Made by a program: the position numbers and the translations under genes. This document shows, piece after piece, positions 25,417 through 40,000 of a stretch of DNA of 64,000 nucleotides. The DNA lies in NCBI RefSeq assembly GCF_036321535.1, contig NC_087437.1:113524001-113588000 (forward strand). Reading direction: 5' to 3'. The notes under the pieces were generated by a model, which was given only the letters and a program-made list of their open reading frames with translations, had not been told where the DNA came from and did not search any database. The first letter of the stretch is position 1; each line of letters begins with the position of its first letter. Source of the DNA: Camelus dromedarius (lineage: Eukaryota).

Positions 25417-28400
25417 GGCCCCTACATTCTTAATGACGCTCTTAAAACTTAAGGTAAAAGCAAGGACTAATCTATGCTGAAAAATCAACAGGAAATTTAC
25501 TTACATCTTTGAGAAAAATACAGTTTAAGTGGCTTCTACCTACGTGAATGCTTCCTCACCAAGGAAATCAGAGGAAATGCATTTTGAATCCTACAGGACA
25601 ATGGCCAGGAGCCTCTCGGAGGAGGTTGTTGGGATCACTTTACTATTTATGGGTCCTCAACTACCTGAAACCCTTGTTGGGAGGAAGTTCAGTGACACAA
25701 AATGGAGTTCCTACATGGGGCACCCCAGAGAGCCTCACAGAGAGCGGAAAGGGCTGGAATGCCAAGTCAGCGCCAGCAGCGGGGACGCAGGGAAAGCTCC
25801 GTTCTTAACATGGACTGAAGCACATCTCTGTTGAATTCAGAACTCACATCAGAACCAGTGATGCAGGGTAGGCATTGCCTGAACTCCACTAATGCGTGTT
25901 TATAAATATAAAACTCTTGAAGAGCGGCAGTTCCTCCCCTGCACCCTGAGAGTGAGCTGATTAAAACTGGCACCTCTGAAAGTATTCACAGGCAGCTCGT
26001 TAGATCCACACTGCTCGCTTGTTAATTTCTATTAATTATTTCATTTGGGCTTCAGATGAGAAGATGTTATTAGCATGGATTTAGTCCTCCGAGACAATTT
26101 GGTCCAGGAAGTCTTCTCAGTGGAAATACGGACACACACATGCACACACACACACACCTCTCTGACGGAAAGTCCAAGAGATCCTTCAAAACCACGTAAC
26201 CTCTCCATACTGACGGTACATAGTTATTCACAAACATCCCCTTTCTGATCTGAACGTGTTTTATAATCACCAACAGAGAGAAAACAGTCATCAGACAGTA
26301 TGCCATCTCTCTTTCAACAAGTCATTTTTCTTTAAAAATAAAGACAAGAACCAGAATATGTTCTTCCATAACCAGTCTTCTCCACCCTCTCTTGCCCCTC
26401 GCCAACCAGCACAAAAAAGAAAATACAAAACTGATTTATTAGAACCAGAACAGCAGTGCAGCCGCTGGCCGGATCACTGTTTATGTCTATAATGCTTGCT
26501 GCTGAAACAGGGAGCTCTAAAAATCACTCAACCATTATTTCTCTCGGAGGCGCATTCTGATTGATAGTCTTCTGTCCCCACCAAAAAGAACTGCCTCAAC
26601 CCAAGGCAAGCCGGCTGGCAAGGAAGGGGTTTTGGGTCGCGGGGGTGGGGATGGGGGCAATGCGTGGAAGGAAGTCCAGCTTCTGCCCATTGACTCTTAA
26701 ATATCATTCACACAAATAACCTCAATTTTAAAAAGCTGTCCGACACCATCAGTGATGCCTGGCACTTCATAAAATCAGCAAGAAAACCATGAAGGGATAA
26801 ACTGTGAGACTGCGTGTTCCAGGCACAAGAAAGTTTTCAAGAAAGCTCTTCCCCTTGGGCTCTGCCATGTCCCCAGGCGGGACAGGGACTGCTGGGTGGT
26901 GGTTGGGGGTGGGGAGAAATTTGCTTTGTGAAAGCATTGTTCCTCTTTTATTGGTAAACGCAAAACAGAATGAGAGAGCTGATCTCTAGAGATGAATTCT
27001 ACATCAGATCACAAATACCAGCTTTCGACCTGCCATCGAAAGAGATTATTTGCTAGGGCTGCGGAGGCTGGGTGTATAAGAGGCTGGGTCTTTTTCCAGC
27101 CATATTTACCCATACCGAAGTCTGAAACAGATTTCAGTATATATATTATTTTAAAGTGTAGATCAACAGCAACCCCTGAAAAGGGGGAAAATGGGAGAGT
27201 TGCTGTTAATACAACTCATATCTTTTCTTTGTATTTTCTACAGAAGATCTGACTGCCAGCTCACTATCCATGTTATCCATGAAACAACACTGGGGTTGTC
27301 AAATGCACTTTCCTTCCCTTACTCTACGAGTCTGTGATAAAACAGAGAATGACTTGCATCCTATGATAATATTGTGAGTCATTCAGAGCATTGCTCAGTA
27401 ATAACCACTCCATAAGGACATGTCTCTCTTTGTTTGGAATTTCAGGAAACTCGATCCTTTTCTAAATGTACCTTTTCTTCCACCACAATCTTTCACTCCT
27501 CTGAAAGGCCATCTCTCGATACTGCTCCCCAAATAATATAAAATACCTTAAGAATGAAAATGCCTTAAGTAACAAACATTACACAAATAAGCAATAACCC
27601 AGATTGGGACAGGGTAAATATTATGTCTGGGAACACGTCCACAGCAAGAACGTAATGAAGGAACTTCATTTTATAAAAGCATGGGGAAGGGTACAAATAT
27701 TTTGAAAGTAGGCAAGATTAAAGTTGCCAGGGAGGGCAACATAAACACAAATTCCACCAAGAAATTAAACCCAGTCCTAAGAGATGGGAGAACATGTGGC
27801 CTCACTCGGCTGCTTGTGGAATTCGCACTGCAGGTCTGCAGCCAGGGGGCCAGGCAGTCACTAGAGAAGAGGATGCCCCTTGGATGACAAAACAGGCCCT
27901 TTTCCCTTGCAAGGAACTATATGCGCTCCCACCTGATGGCCTTCCGAAGGTCTGGACCAGCAGTTTGAATGGGACCTACTTTCTTAATTACACAAACCAG
28001 GTCCTGGCTATCATAAAAGCAGGTGTAACCAAAACAGCATAGGGCACAAGAATGTCTTCCTCACCTGTTCATTTATTTACTCATTTTCTAGTGATCTACA
28101 ATGTGCAGCACAGCTCTAGGCTGGCCCTCCATGGTCAAAGCAAAGTTCCAGAGTCACAGATTCTTGGCTTGGGGGTCCATGGAGTCCCCAAGAGGTCCAT
28201 AAACGAACTTCAGCAGCCCTGGAAACTGAAAATGTACAAGAATCTGTGTTGAAGGGCACATGGGTACTTTTTTTCCCTTTGGGGGAAGGCTTCCAAGGGT
28301 TTTCAGAATTATTTATGATGTTCTCAAAAGATTAAAAATCATAATCTTAGAAAAATAAGGAGGAAATTTGCCGTGGATTCTTTCCCCCCATTTACGATGT

Positions 28401-31400
28401 GGTAGATGATACGGTCTGGGAGATTTCCTCTTTGGTTCTAAAATGAATTAACTAAAGCCGTATTCCCTGATTGATCGATTCCTTTCCAACTGATTAAGTA
28501 CTCCAGTAGGGACGGAAGCACTCACAGATTTCACTGCTACAACTTCTTCAACATCTCTCAGCTGCAGCCACGAAACACTTTCCTGTAACTGCAAGTGTCA
28601 GTAGCACCTGCCTCAGCTGCGGATGGAAGCTGACGTCAACTGCTGCTAATTAACGTCACCAAAGAGAATTCCTCTAGAGCCCGAGCTCTGATTTTCTGGG
28701 GGTCAGGGAGACTCCCAGAACGTGTTTACGTGTGAATTGTTCCGAACGACAACCAGCGTGCTCAGCATCACCTCTCCTCTCCTGGGAGCTGCTATCTCTC
28801 CCTCCATTGTAAAGGACTGGTGGATTTATATGGAGATACTGAATCAAAGGGAGAAAATTCCAAGGGTGAGATACCCCTGAAGAAGAGATTTCAGTTGTCA
28901 GGGAGAGAAAGGAGGGAAGGGAAGAAAAGGAAGGAGGAAGGCTCAGACTGCTGAAGTCTTCACCGATATTTTTTAGGGGCCAGTATTGTCAGCCAGGCCG
29001 TAAAAGCCGGACGGGCAGGTTTTCCCAGTTGCAGGCTGAACCCGAGGTTAGGAGCTGTGGTCCTGGACAGGAGCCAGCAGCCAGACAGATCGGTTTTGCA
29101 GAACAGAGAAAAACCCTTCCATGTTCAACCCCTGGCAGTTTCTGTAAGGTTTACAATCCCCAGGGATTGGCAGCAGGGAAAAGAAAAGGGGGTTTCTTTT
29201 TCTCCCCTTTATTTGGAACCAAGCACCAGGCCCCCTGGAGAATCCTTCAGACCAGTGGCTTTGGACAGAACGCAAAATTGGCATGGAGACGTTCAGATGA
29301 GCCAGTAGCCAGGACCTCCTCGGTCCCCGTGTGGTATGTTGATGCCAATGACATATTCTCAGACACGTTTTCAAAAACAGAAAACAACATAGTGGATAGT
29401 CTTAAATCACTTAATAAAACGTTATGAAACTTTTAAAAGACACGATTCAGTGAGGAAGATTAAGGCTAATTGTTAAAATGAGTGGGCATCACCTGCTCTC
29501 TTCATAATAGAAAGCAAATTGAGAAAACACAAACAAAAAACCCCCAAAACGGCAGTCTTTGATGTTGACACTTACACTTGAAAGAGTAAAATCAAGTTGT
29601 ATTTTATGACTAGGGGGACAAATTATGAGACAGAGTCAAACTGGGCTTTTTGACAGCTCATTTTGTCTTGTAACACTAACCAAAAAAAAAAAAAAAAAAT
29701 CACTCAAGACCAACAGTATCACGATAACTGTAACTGGGTCCAACATGCACTTCGAGCTCCTCTCCTTCGGATTGCTTATTATCACGTGTGGGAAGCAGAG
29801 CCCGTTCAAAACAGATATTGTCCATCTACAGAGAGTTGCAATTAATTTTCTCGTCCCAGGTTATCAAAAGACAGCCCGGCCTTGGTTACAGCTATTTCAC
29901 TCTTGGGGTTTTATGCAAACTCAAGGGCATACTGGCACGAATCAGGCAGCCAAATGCAAACAATCCACACCTTGGGGAAACAGTTCACTGCTACCCAAGT
30001 AAACACAAGCTCCTCTTAGTCACCCACTCAAAACAGAAATGGCCAGTGAGGGACGAGAGACCAGCCCTTGACGCCAGCAAAGCAAGCATGCTGCTTTCAA
30101 AATCGCATTCTTTATCATCACCAACCTCCTGGGCATGGCCAGGCCACTGCTGCACTCCTTACGGGAAAATGTCGCTGGCTTGGGCCATTAAAGAATTTCC
30201 AAAACTTTCATGACCGAAACTTGCCCCGTAGACCCACATAGATGCCTCCTCTGATAATACTGCTTTCTCTGGAAATGCCACCAAATGACACTCGTTCTGC
30301 TCCTAAGAGGAGCAATCCACAGGAAGTGAGCTGCTATGATTACGGGGCTTGGAGGCACGGACCAGGAGGTCGGGCCTTTGTTTTTTATTGGCTTCTCACC
30401 CACTCTGCCAGCTGCTCATCTGAAGCCTTCAAGATGTTTTCTAAACACACATCTCTGAACCATAATGTGAATTCCATTTAGTGAAAGGTGGAGACTTTTA
30501 ATATAACAAGTGAACCCATATAATGACTTATGCTTTTATACCTTATAGCATCATTCATGCTTTCAATAAGTGGGTATAACTTTCTTTGCATTACCCTATT
30601 ATTAACATAGTGCTATGAACATATATTTTTAATCATGTTATAAGTATTTAAATTTTCTCCACCTATTGATTCTACTCTGAAAAGCCCCAGACAGCTAGGA
30701 TAGCACAAAAACAATAGCCAAAAACAGCAACATGCCTTTACCCTCTTTCCTCTTTGACTAATCGAATTCCCCAAGAACACAGATTTTCTTGTATTTTTGA
30801 ATGCCTTTATAAAGAGTAATGATTACTCTTATGATTAAACGTCCATTGATTGTACTTTAATTTTTTTCAATACAAGAGTCATCTACTGTTATTTAGGTAC
30901 TTGCTACGTCTTTTTATTATACTCAAAATAACTTTTATTTTTAAGCTTATTCAATACTATATTACAAAAATGAGATTTTCCAAACAAACTCCCCTACCTC
31001 CTTCAGTTAAGTTTCCAGTAGTTACTGCTATTTATAAAATATGACTTAGGTTCTTACAATACATACAAAATGTAATATTTGAAAATAACTAGAAACCAGA
31101 GATTACAAGCCAAGATTCCTTTTTCTGCTTTAATACAGTGATAATGGGCATGGAAAAATAAAACTGCACTGATGAAATAGTTCCTCTGGATAATCTGGTC
31201 TTTAATATTATTAGTACCTAAAATATTAACTGGGCCCAGCCCCTCCCTGCAAATAATAAAAAGACATCCAAATTTTATATAATAGGAAGGTCACATTGCC
31301 ATCAAATTCACCAAACCAGAATGGTACTATTTCTTCATATTTTATCATTAAAAAAATGCTCACTTGAAATATGCTTCAATAACTATATACCATATATCCC

Positions 31401-31832
31401 TCAAAATTATTGGAAGTGATCATCTGAAACTCTGTCACTTGTCATGGATAGCACATTGATCCTTAAGTTAAAGGCTTCCAGTAAAAAGATTTCTGAAAAT
31501 TATTAAAGAGAGAACCCCAGTTGCATGCTCCTAGTTTCCATGATGGTAAGTTTTATATTTTTACATTTTAGTAAAGATCTGAGAGGTTTCCTTGATAATC
31601 CATGTTTTATATGCTCCAAATCGGTCTTAAATAAGACCAGTTCAATAATAGAAAGCAATCACGTAAAGCGAGATTCTGTTAAAAATGTTAAATTGAAATA
31701 AATATTTTTTAAAAGCTTGATGTAGCAATAATAACAGGAAGAAATGACTGTTATTTCTAGGAAATCCCATCATAGAAACTTCTAGATGTTTTGACATCTG
31801 CCTTTGTTGCCATGTAAATATTCTGTGCTTCA

Positions 31833-32012
<180 letters not shown>

Positions 32013-35000
32013 CTAAACACCAGTCAAGGGACAGATGCAGACACCAGGCAGGTTAGAAACTTTCATGCCATTTGCGTAGTCATTATTCTAAAACTCAATG
32101 TATATGAGGTGATGCTTTTGAGTTTGCAAAGGAACAGCAGTCGTAAGTTAAGCAAAACAACAGCCAAGTTATTAATGGGAAGATTCACTTTAAATTCCAC
32201 TATGCAAAACTAAATATAAATGTTCAAGTCATAAAACATTCACCTCATGAAGCTGCATAAGGTCACAGGGCACAGTTGGAATAAGACGCATGATAACAAG
32301 AACTTTGAAAAGCTCTGCCTTCTCATGAATACAATCATCTCTTCCTAATTCTTCATATTTGAGAAACAGAACACCTTGTTTTTTGGAAGTTTATAACCTA
32401 ACCCATCTTTCACTCATCCAGACATCCACTGACAGGCCGAACAGGGCCAACTTTATCTTTTCAGGGTTTAAACTTATTTCTGCTAAAATGAAATTCGATT
32501 GCCACCACTGAATTGTTGAAGATTCTTGAATGATTTAAACTGCCCCTCTGCCGTCAGTTCATCCTTATGCCTTCTACTTTCTTTTATTATCTTAATTTTC
32601 ACTAGCAGTGAATTCTGGTATGCAAGGAAAAAAAAAAACCAGAAATATACCCTTTGCTTAACACTAATTATGAAGTCAACAGACCTCAGAGAAGAGGGGT
32701 GCTCATTTTTGTGTCCTCCTCTGAATTCAGGAGTGGAACTCCATAGCATTTTTATATCTGTGAGTCACAGGGTTGTGTTAACTAGGACCAGATAGATGAC
32801 GAGGTGTCTGTTCTCCAAGCCCAGATGACCTTGAAGAAGAATTCCTTCAATGGAACTGGACAGGAATAGATTTCCTATCAGGGCTATTCAAGTAAACTAG
32901 TAAAAAAAAAATATTCTTGATACTTAGGTAATAAAAAAGAACAGTCATTTCAAGGTAAAATGCTCTAAAGAGTATGGCACAAAGGTGCTTCGTACAGTAG
33001 GATCCACTTCTTGGTCATTTGACCTTTCCAAAAACTATCTTGGTCTAAAAATTTATCATTATCTATACTTCCATTGTTTCTGTTTTGTACAAGTGGTCAC
33101 AGAATTTCAAATCAAAATGCCCCCAAGTTGCATTTGTTCCTATCACTTCTGACTTCCCTTCTAGTACTCTTTCAGTAGTGAAATGTGTGTTAATCATTCC
33201 AATTATACAAGTTTTTTTTTTTAAGTATGCTTTTTGAGTTGTGATAATAAAGCATTCTACAGTGATTATTCCTGCCACTGTTTTCCACCTCCTCATTTTT
33301 ATCTAATAATTACTACATCTTTTTTTGGGGGGGGGGTGGTAATACCTATATTTCAGTCCTCTTTTCCTGTCTGTAAACAAGGCTGCCACAGACTCACTTG
33401 TATGAGAGCAAAGCCATGTTTCTCTAAATTCCCATCTTCACTGCCTGCTTAGTCATTACCGTTTCTCCTTGTCATCCAGATGATCATCTATTGTTTTTAT
33501 TCCCTATGAGCTTCAGCTCTTGGATTCTAAGAAATAGGACGGGGAAAACGAACCCATAAGGGTGGCCGTACTTCCGACCCCAAGACTGCATCAGGGGAAT
33601 CAATTCTCACAGCAATAGGCAGGCAAGTTCCTCATCTAATTTTATCCAACTTGCACTTTTATCTTTCTTTCTAATCCTTTCCATCCAAATGTTGTACATC
33701 TTTTCCATAAAGGAGATTTACAAACAAAGCTATTTAGTCCCCAGGCACCCTCTAATTAGGTATTTAGATCCATTAGAAGTATGTGTGTTGCTGTTTAATT
33801 AAAAGCAGTAATATGGCAATTCCCTTTTGTTTCAAAAACATAATTGAAATAAATCTCCTTGATCAGTTATTTAGTGATTGTTACCATTTTTTTTTCTATT
33901 CCCATGAAAAGTGCTTGCTTTATTCTGCTCTTTTCAGTCTCTTAAAAATCCCCCTCCTCTTTTTTTCCACTGATTTCACTTCCCTCTGTAAAATTAACTC
34001 ACAATGTTGAAATGTCCTCCTTGAACACATATTTTTACTTCCTCATCTTCATCTCCCTGTGATGACCTGGCGTCTCTATTTTAATTCAACATTCAGTAAG
34101 TGTACAGGGACTGAATCAACTGCATGGTTTTCCAGCTGAATAACTCATTGTGGGGACAGAATCTGTAAATAGGTTAAAATAAATAAATCTTGTTTTATAA
34201 CTACCAAAATGTATTCTAAATCACCTTCCTCCTACTGGCTCCACTCATAGTGGTCCATGCCTGTGCCTCGTTCATCTTTCCAAAGCTACCCTCATCAGTA
34301 ATATGGCAAATTCATGAGACCGTCATCAAACAGAAATAAATATAGAGTAAAATGATCGTGGTGGCTAAATAAGAAAGGCTTGTTGATGTTGGAATTTAAG
34401 ACTAAAAAAAAAATTAGGCCTTTAACTCCTTCTTTTCCCTTTTTAAAAAAATGCAGCAGGAATCAAAGCTATTTCGTGGCTCAAAGATCATTTACTCGGC
34501 CTTTTATTGCTCTCAGAGGGATTTCTTTTAATGGTAGAGGGAAGGGGGAAATATTAAATCCAGGGAAATTACATTAATAAAATATATCATCTAATTATTA
34601 GCAAGCATTCTTAGACTAGGAAAAACTTTTTTTTTTAATTTAAAACTAACATCTCTGCTAATTTGATACAGATTTTATCATTGATAGGCAATATAAAGAG
34701 AATTAAAAAAAATCTAACTTCAAACAGAAAAAAGCAATGGGAGTAATGAAAAAGCTATAAACAATAGGTAAAGAAACACAAACATTTACATTTTAACACA
34801 GACCAAACAGACAAGAAGGGACTTGCTGGCCAAAGGATCTCTCTCTCTCTCTTTTTTTTTTTTACTTCTCTGTTTTTAAAGTATCAGGAAGTTGGGCAAA
34901 ATATCAACCCTCCTCTATGTTACAGAACCCTCATACTGCTCTTGGTTAGCGTATTCACAGTTCAAACTGGCATTTTTAAACCAACTCTAATTAGGCTGAA

Positions 35001-37685
35001 ATTACAGTCACAATTCATTTATTTCAAATCCCTTAATTTTCCAGTGTTTTAAAGAAAGCTGTGGAGTGGAACTTAAAATTCAGCTGAGATGACATTTAAT
35101 GCATAGCTCGGCACCACGATCTTGCCGACAGTAATGCTACTTCTTTCTTTCTTAAGAAAATAATATTAGTATCAGCGTCCAAGGCCTCTGAACTTGCTGA
35201 AGGCATGTTTATGCCTTCGGACTCTGATGTACCAGGGCCTAAATAAACTTTAATATTACAGTATTACAAAATATATCCTAAGTCATCCAAACAGCTTTTT
35301 TGACTGCTTCTGTAAATAATAGGTAACAAGTAGCAAATTGAAGATTTTTTTCAGTAGTCAAATATGGATTCCTCCGTAAGCTAAAAGATAAAAGATGTTT
35401 CATGGGAGAAGGATGGGGGCATTTTGGGGTCCAGAATAAGCAATTAGGATGATTAAGGAAAACTCCTAACTTTAAATCTCCCTTTAGTTTCAAAGATTAA
35501 GGCAGGGGGTTTACACGTAGAATTTCAGAAGACTCCTAAAGAATCACTTCAATTCTCTTCATCAATATCTGATGACTTTCTCACTAGCTTGCTCCTCATT
35601 ACAGGGAAGGTAATCATTCTTTACTGATTAACTTCTGAAAGAGATTGTCTGAGACTTATTTAAAATCCAATTTTCAAGTAAAAATTTCTTTAGAAACTGC
35701 TTGAGAGGTGGTTGGTGAGGGATGAGTACACAGTGGAGTCAGGGACGCACAGAGAATCCAGCTGATACAGACACTTGAGTCAAGTTTAGCTTGCTTTATC
35801 CTCATCTCTGCGCTGGTTCCCTGCCGGGAAATTTTCTCTGCTCCTTCTGTTATTCCAGGGGCAGGGCTCCTTTAGAATGAGTCCCCTCTTGTTGGGACGG
35901 GAGTGGTGACAGATTATTAATTGAGTGATCTGATTTCCCCTGCTGTCCCTGCCTCTGTCGTAAATGTTCTTAAGACCCCCTTGAACTTTTTTTCAAGATC
36001 TCTACACCTTGATCTTTAACCTAGAAGCTATCACTCAGTAAAACAGATTTTTTTTTCAAAAAAAAGTAAATTGTCAAAAGTCATTTTTAAAAGGACACCT
36101 CTATCATTAAGATTGCCCCTAAAAGGAATTCCCCGATGGCTCATGAAAGCAACTTACATGACTTTTTTCATTCTTTTAGAAGGAGATAGACTTTCATGTG
36201 GTGGCTTGACAAATGATACTGCTTTAACTCCTGAAGATTCTTTATTAATCACTCAGTGTTTGGGGTTTGGGTTCCCTAGCAGAGGAGGACAGATCCAGAA
36301 GAGACTCCTATTTACCCCAAAGGAAGCCACGGATCCCTGAGAACTCACTTCCTCCATGTGTCTGAGCACCCGGTTCTAAAGGACCCTTTGGTGGACTATC
36401 AGCCGTCTCCTCCCCTCTGCGCTTATCTCAGAGTGACCCCGGGCCCATCCCTGTCAGGTCCCAGGGCCGAGGGAGAGCTGAGTCTGTTTATGTAAAGGGA
36501 TTAGGGTGATTTAAAATTGAAATGGGCTCCCAACCCAAATCTACAGAGCAGGAGGAAGGGCCAGGAAAGAGTCCAGCGGCTGTTCAATCTTATCTTTATT
36601 TCCATCCCCGCCAAAAACTCTTGCTTTCAGAAAACCGAGCAAGTCTACAGACAGCCAATTACACATTTTTGGTTGTTTTAGAAAGCATAATCTAAATTTG
36701 GAAGGTGTGTAGAGCTTAAAAATAAAGAACTTCAACACTACTTTTTTAAAAAAAGTGAACATCATGCATTGTAACCAGCTCAAGATCCAGCCCAGGCTCG
36801 GAACCATAAAAAGTTTATGTTACATTAATCTCCCCTTAAAGGGAACAACATTTAACCAGATTATTTTTTTGTGAAGAAAAAGAGTAGCTGATCTTTACAG
36901 CTCCCCGACCCCACCTGCCTGCCTTAGCCCTTTAAATGAAGAGGAAATGACTGCACTGATTGTACTAAAAAGTTGCCCCTTCTTAAACCCACTCAAGACA
37001 GAAGAACTGAATCCCCGCTGCCAATGTCTACTGTCTGCTGCCAGGGTGGTGGGGTGGCTGTTTAAAAACGCCTGGGGTTGTTTATATATCCCCGCTGAAG
37101 GCCAAGGTTTTTAAAGACAGCTCAAATCTAGGGCAAGATTAGGGGTGAAAAGTGCCTGGGAGAGCTGCTCAGTTGAAATCACCCAGTCCATGCCGCCCCC
37201 TCCTCAAACATCAAAGCGGGCAGATTGGACCCTCGGCTCTCGGAAGACACAGCCTTGCCTCCTTTCGCCGCCCCGGGCTTAATCTAGGTGAACCGGCGGG
37301 CGATAACGTTCAGGAGAGTTCCAGGAAAAGAAACAGGATTCGCTACTTGCGGCTTCTGGCAGGAGAAGGCTACAAGCTCGAGAGAACTTCAGAAAACTTT
37401 TGCAAACTTAAACTACACCCACCGTGGACTTTGGATTTGCTAATTCCTAAAGGGCAGTTAAAGATGGGGTGGAAGTGGGAAGCCCTGACAGTTTTCCTTG
37501 TCAGTTTATTTTCACTGACCCGAAGGTATAAAAGTATCTTTTATTTCCTGACGCCTCCCTCAGATGGTTTGGGTGTCAAGCCAGAGTTGGGAAGGGAAGC
37601 ATGGCAGGAGACGGGCTTGTTCCTACTGGGTTGTAACTTTTCCTACTTTGGTTCAAAGCTGCCAGGGAGAGCCAACCGGCCCTCA

Positions 37686-39760
<2,075 letters not shown>

Positions 39761-40000
39761 AATGAGAGTGCCTGGAAATGAACGTGCTTTTACTGTAAGC
39801 CCGGCCCGAGGAATTCCTCAGCTCGTTTGCATAGGGGAGGCCGCCGGCCAATCACAGGCCTTTCCGGTATCAGCCAGGGCGCGGCTCGCGGCCGCGGGCT
39901 CCTGGAATTGGCCCGCGCGCCCCCGCCGCCGCCGCTGCCGCGCGCTACTGTACGCAGCCGGGGTGGAGAGTCCACCGCCGCCGCAGCCACCGGCGCTCCC
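39761..40000 (-). promoter_or_regulatory. RUNX1 proximal (P2) core promoter, TATA-less and GC-rich
   Basis: Immediately upstream of the inferred TSS. CCAAT at 39848-39852 (GGCCAATCAC) and GCC-repeat/GC-box sequence at ~39915-39990. Confidence 0.75.

Noticed and set aside
31623..31638. Short inverted repeat GGTCTTA-AA-TAAGACC
   Set aside because: A 7-bp stem is expected by chance in 64 kb.
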